This document shows, one piece after another, positions 37,897 through 50,109 of a stretch of DNA of 64,000 bases. The notes under the pieces are model-generated. The model did no database searches. It worked only from the letters and a program-made list of their open reading frames with translations, and was not told where the DNA came from. Numbering within the stretch: position 1 is the first letter of the stretch; each line of letters opens with the position of its first letter. Origin of the DNA: Octopus sinensis (Eukaryota); assembly GCF_006345805.1 (NCBI RefSeq), contig NC_043001.1, positions 74,214,001-74,278,000 on the forward strand, read 5' to 3'. The translations under genes were made by a program, and so were the position numbers.

Positions 37897-38297
37897 TGCA
37901 GGCGTGGCTGTGTGGCAAAAATGTTACTTCCCAACCACATGATTCCGGGTTCAGTCTCACTATGTGGCACCTTGGGCGAGTGTCTTCTACTAATAGCCTC
38001 GGGCCGACCAAAGCCTTGTGAATGGATTTGGTAGACGGAAACTGAAAGAAACCCATCATATGTGTGTGTGTGTGTGTGTGTGTATCTTTGTGTCTGTGAT
38101 TTTCCCCCACCTCACCACTTGGCAACCGGTGTTGGTGTGTTTACATCCCTGTAACATTAGCGGTTAGGCAAAACAGACCGATAGAATAAGTACCAGGTTT
38201 AAAAAAAGGTCCTGGGGTCGATTTGTTCCACTAAAACCCTTCAAGGCGGTGCTCCAGCATGGCGACAGTGAAATCACTGAAACAGGTAAAAGAATAA
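37897..38297 (+). mobile_element. Full-length S2 SINE
   Basis: ggcgtggctgtgtgg head through aaggcggtgctccagcatggcgacagtgaaatcactgaaacaggtaaaag. Confidence 0.85.
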
Positions 38298-39010
38298 AAG
38301 AATACAAGTACCACTGTATTTTTTTAAATAGTTGTCAATTTGAATTTGTTCAAGAGAAACATTACTGCAACGACCTCACTAGTCACGCTAGGTCTTCAAA
38401 ATTCAAAGACGCAACCACTCACTCGAAACCAGAGGTTTAATATTGATTAATATTGATTCGGGGGCCGGTGGGTTATATCATTATACAAGTAGTCAATAGA
38501 CACCCGAAACTAATTTGAGCATTAAAGGTGCTGAATTATTAGCGAACCGAAAATGAAAGAGAGTGGTAATTCAAGACCAAAACTCACTAATTTCCTGCCA
38601 AACATCAATGCAATAACTACAATTCAACTACAATTTACCAAACGCATACTTCACGTTAAATATTCATGAGTTTTTTTTTTATCAATTATAGTTCATAATT
38701 TTGCATCAAAAATTTTACATGACGTGAATTCCATAAGTTATCAATGATTCCTAAAAGAGTCAATAATATAAGAAATTGCTGACCCCACCTCCAGCTCTAG
38801 AGCAATGAAGTAATCTCCCATCCTACGCACTCAAGGTTGGCGTGAGTGTGTGGTAAGAAGTTTGCATCCTACGCATATAGTTCCGGGCTCAGTCACACTG
38901 CGTTGCACATTCGGCGTCTTCTACTATAGCCTGGGGCCAATCAAAACCTTCTGAGTGAATTTGGTATTCGGAAACTGAAAGAAGCCTGTCGGTGGTGTGT
39001 TATATATATT

Positions 39011-39073
<63 letters not shown>

Positions 39074-39074
<1 letters not shown>

Positions 39075-39290
39075 TTTATTTAAGCAGCAGAAAATTCAAC
39101 AAAACCTGTTACTCTGAGTTTCCAGTTGCCGTTCATCGGCAAAAGCTGTCCGATGAACGGCAACGGGAAACTCAGAGTAACAGGTTTTGTTGAATCTTCT
39201 GCTGCTTTAAATAAAGCATATTACTCTACCACTGGTATTTGAGTACTCTTTTTTCCACCTTGTTTCACATTTATGTGTTTACTCCGGTAT
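39074..39290 (+). mobile_element. Fold-back Penelope-pLTR-like non-autonomous element
   Basis: About 66-bp near-perfect inverted arms (39074-39139 / 39150-39216) followed by a ~75-bp unique tail; (TA)n on both sides. Confidence 0.7.
39141..39188 (+). ncRNA. Type I minimal hammerhead motif, CCGAUGA (U4C) core variant
   Basis: Stem I AAAA.CTGT / ACAG.TTTT; core CCGATGA (39150-39156); stem II CG-GCAA-CG; GAAA; palindromic stem III ACTC-A-GAGT; GTA triplet with cut after 39179. Confidence 0.7.
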
Positions 39291-39919
39291 ATATTATATA
39301 TATATATATTAAATATGTGTGTGTGTCTGTGTCTATTTGTTCCCCATTACCGTTTGATAACCGGTGTTGGTGTCTGTACGTCCTCGTAACGTAGCCGCCT
39401 GACAAAAGCAAAAGAGACTGTTAGAATAAGCACCAGGCTTTACGAAAAATGATAAGTACTTGCATCGATACGTTCGACTAAAATTCTTCAAGGTAGTGCC
39501 CCAGCATGGCCGCAGTCTAATGACTAAAGCGAGTAAGAAAAAATGTCAAAGGAAACATAGACTGTTAAATAGGACTAAAAAGTGGTAAAGTTGTATAGTT
39601 TAATTATCTGGAAATTCATAGGAAGTTGTATAACTTATGATATATATTTTTACTTCCTATTTCTACAGCTTGTAGATTTCCTGTTCAAAATACTAAAAAT
39701 ATATGACTCATTTGACAGCTTCATTGAGTTTTCTCTTTGTTCTGATTTCAAAACTGGATTTATCCCTATTTGTTAGTTCTGTGGGAAAGTTAATTCGTCT
39801 GAGGAGTGTTGACAGTGTATAAGTACATATGATCTTTGTGACCTAGCTGAAACGTATAAAAAAATTAAAAGATACACACACACAAACATACTATATATAT
39901 ATATATATATTTTCATTTA

Positions 39920-40148
39920 TGCGCCCTTTTCAAGCCTAGCTGGGTGGGACGCCAGTCCATCGCAGCGATACTCAAGAAACAGGAAGAAAGAGTGAAAGTT
40001 GGGACGAAAGAGTACAACAGAAGTCACCACCACCCCCAGCTGGAGCCTCGTGGAGCTTTAGGTGTTTTCGCTCAATAAACACACACAACGCCCGGTCTGG
40101 GAATCTAAACCGCGAGTTCGCTGCCCTAACCACTGGGCCATTGCGCCT

Positions 40149-40150
<2 letters not shown>
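39920..40150 (-). mobile_element. S3 SINE
   Basis: Reverse complement of ggaggcgcaatggcccagtggttagggcagcg. Confidence 0.8.
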
Positions 40151-40445
<295 letters not shown>

Positions 40446-40644
40446 TAAACAAAGTCAGAATGCGATAAAATAAAATTAATTATTATCGCTGGTGTTATAT
40501 ATATATATTTTTTTTTTCAGCAAAACAATTAAGATTCCAATGAATTCCAATGAATTCAAATGAATATGGTACTTAACTTAGATGCACCAGAATTCTTTAT
40601 GGTAATAACCATAAAATTATGTGGGGTGATATATATATATATAT

Positions 40645-41047
40645 GGCTAAAAACTACCCTTAGGGGTAGCCATATTGAAATGGCAAATATACGTCACGAT
40701 GTGTTACCGCTACTGTATATAACTCACTTTGATATTTATCATTGTTTGATTTCACTTTTTCAATATCAGCGACAGTGGACGCTGGAAAAAGTATAAGTAT
40801 TTGTGAAGGAAATCTAATTCTCGGCGACAACTATGATTGTCACACGCTGACGAGAGGTCAATACCTCGAAACTCGAGTCCGTGTGTATCATAAGTTGAAG
40901 ACGGGAAGGATGACTTCCCTTGAAATACTGACAGGACACAGAAAGTGTGTCTATGGCCAGCTGGAGGAGTGTGTCCTCCTGGGGCTAAAAACTACAGTAG
41001 CATCCACCCTTAGGAGTAGCCATATTGAAATGGCAAATATACGTCAC
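40645..41047 (+). mobile_element. Retrozyme/pLTR-like unit (~340-350 nt plus a terminal direct repeat)
   Basis: Direct repeats ggctaaaaactac..tagccatattgaaatggcaaatatacgtcac at 40645-40697 and 40983-41047; internal hammerhead; (TA)n flanks. Confidence 0.7.
40841..40885 (+). ncRNA. Canonical type I minimal hammerhead ribozyme motif
   Basis: Stem I CACACG/CGTGTG; CTGACGA; stem II GAGGT-caat-ACCTC; GAAA; perfect palindrome ACTCGAGT; GTC triplet with cut after 40879. Confidence 0.88.
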
Positions 41048-41086
<39 letters not shown>

Positions 41087-41351
41087 ATATTGGCAGGGCT
41101 GGACTGCTAGGTAGCCGGCCGTATGCTAGAAACAGATCATCAACGATCAAACTACAAAGGAAAATTCTCAAGAGGAAAAAATTCAGCGAACACCAGAACC
41201 AAATTTGGCGGGCAGGACAGATGAAAATTTATATAAAAAAACAGAATATACACATATATTAGAATTTTCTCTGACTTCTCAGATTTTTGTGGCTGGACTA
41301 CTGGTTTTAAATTGTTATTAAAATTAATATTAATTTATCTCCCTCATTATT

Positions 41352-41435
<84 letters not shown>

Positions 41436-41436
<1 letters not shown>

Positions 41437-41714
41437 TGTGGAGACGCAATGGCCCAGTGGTTAGGGAGTCGCGGTTTCGATTCCCAGACCGGGTGTTGTG
41501 TGTTTTATTGAGCGAAAACACCTAAAGCTCCACGAGGCTCCGGCAGGGGGTGGTGATCCCTGCTGTACTCCTTCACCACTCTTTCTCTCACTCTTTCTTC
41601 TGTTGGCCTGCTCTCTTAGCCAGCGGGGTGGCGTCATTCGAAGGCTAAAACAATGCGAACGCATTGTGACCAACGATGTGTAGCAACATCTGATGGTCTG
41701 GTCGGTCACGTGAT

Positions 41715-41720
<6 letters not shown>
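41436..41720 (+). mobile_element. S3 SINE
   Basis: gtggagacgcaatggcccagtgg head; ends gtcacgtgatcacgtgat. Confidence 0.8.
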
Positions 41721-41798
<78 letters not shown>

Positions 41799-41799
<1 letters not shown>

Positions 41800-42240
41800 T
41801 AGCTGAAAGCCACCCTATCTGGCTCTTCATTGGGCCTTGGGTCAACAATGACACTTCATGCATTTAGTACATATTAAATGTTATTAAACTTCAACAATAT
41901 TTTTCAAGCAATGAACAATCTTCAAAACAATGATATAATTTGTCGACTTGAAACTTATTGCAAAGCTGCATGATAAACAACAGTACCACCTTGGCCACCA
42001 CATCTGCCATACACACACCATGTAGACTTCTGACGCCACTACCATCAATACACTTAACTTTTTCACTCTCTTTTTCCTTTTTCTTTCTCACTGTCTGTCT
42101 TTGCCGCCGCCCTCACCGTTTCTATACCTACTATTACTCTCACCCCAACATGAGCAATAGTAGGAGAGTCAATGAATAGTGAGAGGGGTCTAGGCGCGAC
42201 ACACTGACACACAGAAATTACTTTTCGCATTTATTATATT
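41799..42240 (-). mobile_element. Non-autonomous Helitron-like element
   Basis: Minus strand starts tataataaaatgcgaaaag..(gt)n and ends cagCTAG|T at 41799. Confidence 0.5.
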
Positions 42241-42325
42241 ATATTACATTATATTATATTACATTATGTTATATATTTCTTCCATGGGTATGAGTAAGTA
42301 TCTCATTTATCTCTTTTGCCACATG

Positions 42326-42383
42326 TATCACTGACGAAGGGAGGGCTGTTAAAAGCTAACCCTGAAATCGGTCCGATATGGTA
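42326..42383 (+). ncRNA. Type I hammerhead motif with AUA triplet
   Basis: Stem I TATCA/TGGTA; CTGACGA; stem II AGGG..GCT-gttaaa-AGC..CCCT; GAAA; palindromic ATCGG-T-CCGAT; cut after 42378. Confidence 0.72.
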
Positions 42384-42635
42384 ATAATGGAATTTTTTAG
42401 AAATTTCTGTCGACCTTTTTTCGTGTAGCGTGCATATTGTGAAAAAATTATATGGTTAATGGACAATATGTCCAATTTTTCGGCATATTTGGCATTAGAA
42501 ATTTTTTCGTTTGCCCTTAATTATGAATTGTTTATAGATTTAACCTTTAAAGGTATTTTTTGATATGCTGGCCATTGATAAAATTTTTTTTGAAAAGAAT
42601 ATATTTTTTTCGAAAAAAATTTTATCCTTCATTAG

Positions 42636-42672
<37 letters not shown>

Positions 42673-42738
42673 ATATATATTATATATATAATATTATATA
42701 TACTATATATATATATATATATATTTTTATATAGAAGG

Positions 42739-42789
42739 AGCTTCTACAGGACTAGAACTGTTTCATTCAAGAGAAATCTTCAGGAAGCT
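42739..42789 (-). ncRNA. Type I hammerhead motif (left inverted arm)
   Basis: Identical reverse complement of 45231-45281. Confidence 0.72.
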
Positions 42790-43649
42790 AGTTAACAAGA
42801 ATGTATTGGCATTTATACATTTAGGCAGGTTTAACGGGGGTGGTGGGGGACTTTTTTGGGGGTAGGAATAGCACAAAAATCATACTTGGGGGAGTGGTCA
42901 AGGAGTCAGTGTAAAATTAGTAGAAGAATAAATATAAAAAATAAAAAAATAAAAATAAAAGAATAAAAAAAAAAACCTATATATAAAAAATCTATATATA
43001 AAAAAAAACCATATATAAAAAAGGGGGGATAGAGTTTAGGTAAATAAGGAGATTCTCACTATATACCTATGCACACATGTATACATACATACACACACAT
43101 GCAGACATATATACACATACATACACACATACATACAAACCATATAACAATATATATACACTTACACATACACATGCATATACATATCTACACATACACA
43201 TATATGTATACACAACACACTCACATGCATACACGTATACACACATGTATATATACACACACGACCTCACATACATATACGCACAGAAAAATATATATAC
43301 ACATACACACACATACTCACATACATATATATATGTGTATGTGTATGTATGTGTATATATATATATATATATTATGTTGTGGTGTGTATACATGTGTGTA
43401 TGTGTAAGTATGTATGTATATATATGCGTGTGTATGTGTATGTGTATATGTACATATGCGCGTACGCTCGTGTGTTTATGCATATGTAGGTACGTAGAGT
43501 TATCTATGTGTGTATTTATATGTACATGTGTGTAAGTATGTATATATATGTATATGTATGTGTATGTGTGTGTGTGTATATATGTAGATGTATATGTATG
43601 TATATATGTATGTGTATGTGTATGTGTATATATATATGTATGATGTGTA

Positions 43650-43680
<31 letters not shown>

Positions 43681-45230
43681 GTATGTGTAAGTTATATGTA
43701 TGTGTTGTTTATATGTAATGTATCCGTCTATATAATAGGTAACTGCACGTACATATAATTAATATTTATTATTTATTTTTTGAGTATGCATGTACGAATA
43801 ACTGCGCGTATATATATTTTACTATTTACTTATTTTTTGAGTATGCATGTAAGTATGAATATAAGGAGGCGCGTGTGTGTGTGTGTATGTGTAAGCATAG
43901 ATATAGTACTTTTTACGCATGCGTGTACTTATGTGTATATATGGATGCGCGCGCGTGTGTGTGTGTGTGTATGGGTACGCATGTACATGTGTATGTGCGT
44001 GTAGTGTATATATATGTATATGTGTGTATGCGTATGTGTGTGTATATATGTGTGTGTGTTATGATGTGTATGTATATTATATGTGTGAATATATATATGT
44101 ATATATATATATTATATGTATATATATATATATATATTAGATATATATACATGTATGTATTTGTATGTAGGTGTATATGTATGTGTTGTGTATTTATATT
44201 TATTGGGTGTATTATATTGACTAGCCTTCTAAGAGTGTAGACATAAATCTGTAGGTACGCGTACGGATGTGTATATACGTGAATGTATGTAGATGGATGT
44301 ATGTATGAATATAACGCGTGCGTGCGTGTATATGTTGAGTGTACGAATGAGTGAGAGTACGTGCTAAAGAGTGTGCGTGAGTGAATGAGTGCTTGTTTTC
44401 CAGTAGACAGATGAATGGATGGCTGTCATAGCCAAGATGCTTGTGACCAAGCGGCCAAAGAAACAAAAGTAATAAACGAAGATAATAAATTAAAATTAGG
44501 GAATGGGTCTGTATTAGTATGTGTATATATATGTGTGTATGTGTAGGTTTGCATAGGTACACATATGTATATGTATACATGTATGTATATGTATGTATGT
44601 GTGTGTATATGTGTGTGTGTATGTGTATATATGTGTATATAGGGACTAGTGGGCTGTGTGTGCATGTGTGTGTGTGGATATGTGTGTGTATGCGTGTATG
44701 TGAGTATGTGTGTGTATGTGTATATATATTTTTCTGTGCGTATATGTATGTGAGGTCGTGTGTATATATACATGTGTATACGTGTATGCATGTGAGTGTG
44801 TGTGTGTATACATATATGTGTATGTGTAGATATGTATATGCATGTGTATGTGTAAGTGTATATATATGTATATATATGTGTGTGTATGTATGTGTGTATG
44901 TATGTGTATATATGTCTGCATGTGTGTGTATGTATGTATACATGTGTGCATAGGTATAAGTGAGAATCTCCTTATTTACCTAAAACTCTATCCCCCCTTT
45001 TTTATATATAGGTTTTTTTTTTTTTTTTATATATAGGTTTTTTTATTTTATTCTTTTATTTTTTATTTTTTTATTTTTTTATTTATTCTTCTATCTAATT
45101 TAACACTGACTCCTTGACCACTCCCCAAGTATGATATTTTGTGCTATGCCTACCCCCAAAAAGTCCCCCACCACCAACACCCCGTTAAACCTGCCTAAAT
45201 GTATAAATGCCAATACAATTCTTGTTAACT

Positions 45231-45281
45231 AGCTTCCTGAAGATTTCTCTTGAATGAAACAGTTCTAGTCCTGTAGAAGCT
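45231..45281 (+). ncRNA. Type I hammerhead motif (right arm)
   Basis: Stem I AGCTTC/GAAGCT; CTGAAGA; stem II TTC-tctt-GAA with a U-U closing mismatch; GAAA; stem III ACAG-ttctagtc-CTGT; GTA triplet with cut after 45275. Confidence 0.72.
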
Positions 45282-45455
45282 CCTCTATATAATAAATTAA
45301 TTTACTCTGCTATGTATTGAGTACCTATTTACTGTGGTTAACCCCGAATCAACCCGGGACCTACATATATATATATATATTATAATATATATATATATAT
45401 ATATATAGATATATATATATATAATATATATATGTATATATATAGATACACACAA

Positions 45456-45505
<50 letters not shown>

Positions 45506-45513
45506 TATATGTA

Positions 45514-45579
<66 letters not shown>

Positions 45580-45702
45580 CGGTGGTGTACCCCATACTGT
45601 CACGTTCTTGTTAGATTGACAGTATACAACCATTCTATCGCCCCACCACCGTACATGTCTCTACGAGAGATTTAGAAATTCAATATTTCTTATATATATA
45701 TA

Positions 45703-48700
45703 GGGATAGAGGCAAACCTAACTATCCATATGCCAAAAAGGATGGAAACAAGCAGCGCACACGGGTATGTAGGTTCTACCTGAAAGGTGCCTGCCGGCAT
45801 GGAGAGGAAGGTGCAGGCTGCCGCTTTGCACATCCGGGACCCTGCCACAGAAACCAACCACCGAAAGGAATGGGATGGACCACGCATCACCTGCCCCAAA
45901 ACGGAGGTACGCAGATGTGGTGCGTACCACAAACCACCAACGTGTTGTTGAAAGGGCAGCTGCTGAGCAGGAATCTTTTTTGTGCATGGCACAAAAGATG
46001 TACAGCAGCTAACCTGGCTCCATCAGGCTCAGGCTCGCAGATGGAACTGCCCACAGTTCACAAGACCGCCACAGCAGATGGACCCAGGGTGGACACCGCC
46101 GGCAACAGCATACACCTCACCTCGATGCTCCTATGAACATCAGAGGACTACTAACACACAGTAACAGGACAAAAGTCCCGTTCCTGAGAGACTTTGTCGC
46201 ATGCAATCAAGCCTTATGCATAGCACTCACAGAAACGCATCTGAAACCGGACATAGCAGATGCGGAATTACACATACCACAGTATGTTGTACTACGGACC
46301 GACAGGAAGAAAGGAGTCATGGAGGAGTTGCTATGTACATCCGTGGGGACCTCACACCCCAGGTCCTTTTGTCATACTCAAACTCGGTGTGTGACACACT
46401 AATTGTACACATAAGGCAACTTGATGTAGTTGTGTGTGCTACATATCGCCCTCCAGATGCCCCAAGTCATATGGGCAAGTTTGAGGACTGCCTTTTAAAA
46501 ATAGAAGAAGTTCTAATCACATTAGAACAACACATAAGTGTACTTCTATGGGAGACTTCAATCTACCCAATGTCAGATGGCCCGAGGGCCTTTCTCTCCC
46601 AGGAATGACAAGATGTGAACGAGGACAGGCGAGGTCCCTCCTGAACCTCATCAACACCCTGTACATGGAGCAAGTAATACTCCAACCAACCAGAGCAGGT
46701 AACACACTGGATCTCTGCTTCACAAATAATATGGATCTCATCCATAATGTGAAAGTGACACCGACACTACTCTCGGATCACAACATGGTAGAGCTGACCA
46801 TGTACGGGCCAAAAGAGAGCACGGACATGCAGCCTACAAGAAACCCTCAGAATCTTTCCAGCTTGAACTTCAATAAGGCAAACTGGAAACAAATTGAGAA
46901 AGAGATCCTCAAAAAAACTGGCCTGAATGTCTCTCCTCGCCGGACATCGACATGATACTTCAACAATCATGTCTGTAATGCAAGCCATATGCTACAAATG
47001 TGTCCCAGAGAGAAAGGCCACTGTACACAAGAACAAAATCCCCAGAGAGAGGAAAATTTTAATGAGACGGCGTACAAAAATTTCAAATCGCCTAAACAAA
47101 CAAATTGAAAGCAGTGAAAAGTCCCGCCTGAAAATAAAACTGTTGGAAATTGAAAATTGTCTGCAACTCTCCCATGAGAAGGAAAGAGCAGACAAAGAAG
47201 CCTGGGCTATAGACAACATAAAAACTAACCCCAGAGCTTTCTACAGGTATGCCAAAGAAACAGCTACGGTGCACTGTAGGATAGGGTCACTCCTTGAAAA
47301 GGATGGCACACTCACAGGAAAACAATGAGAGTAAGTGAAATACTGAATGAACAATTCAAGAGTGTTTTCACTCCACCCTTGGGCATTCCAAATCAGCAAT
47401 CCAACTGACTTCTTTACCACTGCAGATATAGAATCAGAGGCGGCGACAATAAATTACATCGATATAAAGGAAGACGATGTAATAAAGGCTATAGATGAAA
47501 TGAAAACAGACTTAGCTATTGGCCCCGATGGATTCCCGGCAATCCTCCTAAAAGTATGTAAGAGAGTCCTAGCAAGACCACTGCAGTTCCTCTTTCAGAG
47601 CTTCCTTGCAGCTGGCAAACTTCCAAGAAAACTGAAGGAAGGTAAAATATGCCCTATTCATAAAGGAGGTAGCAGAGCGGAGGCCAAGAACTACAGACCT
47701 ATCTCTCTGACCTCACACATCAGCAAGGACATGGAACGAATAGTCAGAAGGAAACTAATCACCTTCCTTGAAGAAAATGACTTGCTGCCTGACACCCAAC
47801 ATGGTTTCCGACCAGGAAGGAGCTGCTTAACTCAGCTCCTGCAGCACTATGACTGAGTGCTGAAACAACTGCTCAACCACTCAAATGTGGAAGTCATATA
47901 TCTCGACTTCGCAAAGGCCTTCGATAAAGTCGATCATGGAATGATACGTCACAAGCTGCGTGATCTTGGCATAGTTGGAAAACTAGGAGAATGGCTCCAT
48001 GACTTTCTGAAGAATAGAAGTCAGGTGGTAGCAGCCAATGGGGCCACTTCCATTAGCACGCAAATAGTGAGCGGTGTTCCGCAGGGCACTGTTTTGGGAC
48101 CACTACTGTTCATAATGGCCCTCTCAGACATGCCCTCAGCCACGCAGAGAGCCACGATCACAAGTTATGCAGATGATACAAAAGTTTCACAGGCAATACA
48201 GAACCCTGAGGACACTAAGCACCTGCAATGTGAGCTGGACGAAATATACAAGTGGGCTGAAAAGAATAGCATGCAGTTCAATGCTGAAAAGTTTCAAGCT
48301 TTATACTATCAGCATGCAAAACTGAATGCAAACCCAATGAATACACTGGACCGGAGGGATTGCAATCCCAGAGGCACAATCAGTGCGTGACCTGAGTATT
48401 CACATGAGTGATGACGCGACCTTTCATGTACATGTTGCAAACTGACAATGAAATGTAGACGGCTGGCTGGCTGGATTCTTAGAACCTTTAGAACAAGAGA
48501 ACAAGAAACCATGATGGTCCTCTGGAAGACACTTGTCCTAAGCCACTTTGACTATTGCTCTCAGCTATGGTCACCATCCAGTGTCAAGTTGATCACAGAA
48601 CTTGAGGCGATCCAACGAAGCTACACGAAGAAGATAGCCTCTGTGCAGCATATGAGCTACTGGGAGAGACTCAAGAGATTAAAGCTCTATTCCCTGGAGC

Positions 48701-49165
48701 GTAGACGAGAAAGATATGCCATAATATATATCTGGAAGATCCTGGAAGGTCTTGTCCCAGACTTTGGCATCGAGAGTCACACAAATGCCAGAACCGGACG
48801 CCACTGCGTAGTACCAAGGACTCCAAATTTGCCATCAAGATGTAGGACAAGATATTGTGATAGCCTGGGCTTCAGAGGCCCACGGCTCTTCAATATCCTC
48901 CCGAAGAACCTGAGGGACCTGCATGGTGTAGATGCGGATGTCTTTAAAGTAGGACTGGATCTCTTCCTGTCAGGTGTCCCGGATGAACCAACTTCACGGC
49001 AGGAGGTGCAGATGAGGGCAGCTGCATCGAACTCTCTCATGCATCAGATGGCGTTTGCTAAAAAGCATCCGTGAGGTAAAACCGTGTAGCAAACCAAATG
49101 GCGGTGCCCCAGCATGGCCACAGCTCATTAGCTGAAACTGGAAAAATCAAAATCAAAATCAAATC
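45703..49165 (+). mobile_element. Near-complete CR1-group LINE (ORF1 remnant with CCCH finger; ORF2 APE endonuclease plus RT), frameshifted
   Basis: CRFYLKGACRHGEEGAGCRFAHP; APE motifs MNIRGL, LTETHL, YRPP, MGDFN, LDL, SDH; RT motifs GPDG, NYRPISL, QHGFR, YLDFAKAFD, GVPQGTVLGPLLF, YADD; (AAATC)n tail. Confidence 0.93.
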
Positions 49166-49621
49166 ATATATATTATTATACTTGGGGATGCTCATATTTT
49201 GCCAATTAAACACCCACACTGAATGTTTAGTCTTTACTTCAGCGTTATTGATATTGTTGTTGTTATTATCATTATTATTATTATTATTATTTATTTTTTT
49301 GTTTCTTTGTCAAAATTCTTTCGTCACACATCCTGTGACCTCTTCAGCGACTCCTTATCCCACATGTATCCTCTTGCTTTGCTTAGTCCATTGCACGAAG
49401 CGCAGGTTAACGGCGGAAGTAACTCCGACACTCATGCTACGTATTCCGCCGCCGAATCGAAGCTTCGCTGCATCCAGGTGCGGCGGCTCTCAGATCAAGC
49501 GTGAGTGTATGTTTGTATCCCTGTCTTATGCGCCTACTTGTGAATGAATTTGCTTGACGGAAACTGTTGAAAAACCCGTCGTGTGTGTGTGTGTGTGTGT
49601 GTGTGCGTGCATATATATGTA

Positions 49622-49780
<159 letters not shown>

Positions 49781-50109
49781 AAACTCAAACACATACACGT
49801 GCACACCCTCGCCCATATTTCGTGTTTTTTTTGATTTCCAGACCGGCGGCGCATTGAGTTCTTGAGCGAAACAATTTCACGTTGCTTTAATTCACTTATC
49901 TGTAATTGAATAACCCTGTGATGAACTGGCATTCTGTTCAGGGAGAGTGTTGCTCTACCTGCCTAGCCAGGGGGTGGCATCGTTCGAAAACAATGTCAGG
50001 AAGCGCTTTGTAGCGAGTAGTATTGAACAGCATCCGCTAGTCTGGTTGATACAGTGACACCTACCTACCTACCTACCTACCTGCCTGTCTGCCTACATAC
50101 ATGCATGCA

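Larger units (their letters stand above)
38838..39540 (+). mobile_element. S2 SINE whose central (TA)n hosts a hammerhead element
   Basis: Head at 38838-38990 and tail at 39320-39540. Confidence 0.75.
42729..45365 (+). mobile_element. 2.6-kb non-coding element with ~595-bp inverted arms, Penelope-like architecture
   Basis: Arms 42729-43325 and 44695-45290 are reverse complements, including ~260 bp of degenerate (CA/TG)n. The right arm continues into a tail aataaa..ttactct..tattgagtac similar to 39209-39250. (TA)n flanks. Confidence 0.8.

Noticed and set aside
40890-40935. Second hammerhead in the 40645 unit (TTGAAGA, GGGAAG/CTTCCC, GAAA)
   Set aside because: No NUH or stem I partner; at most a relic.
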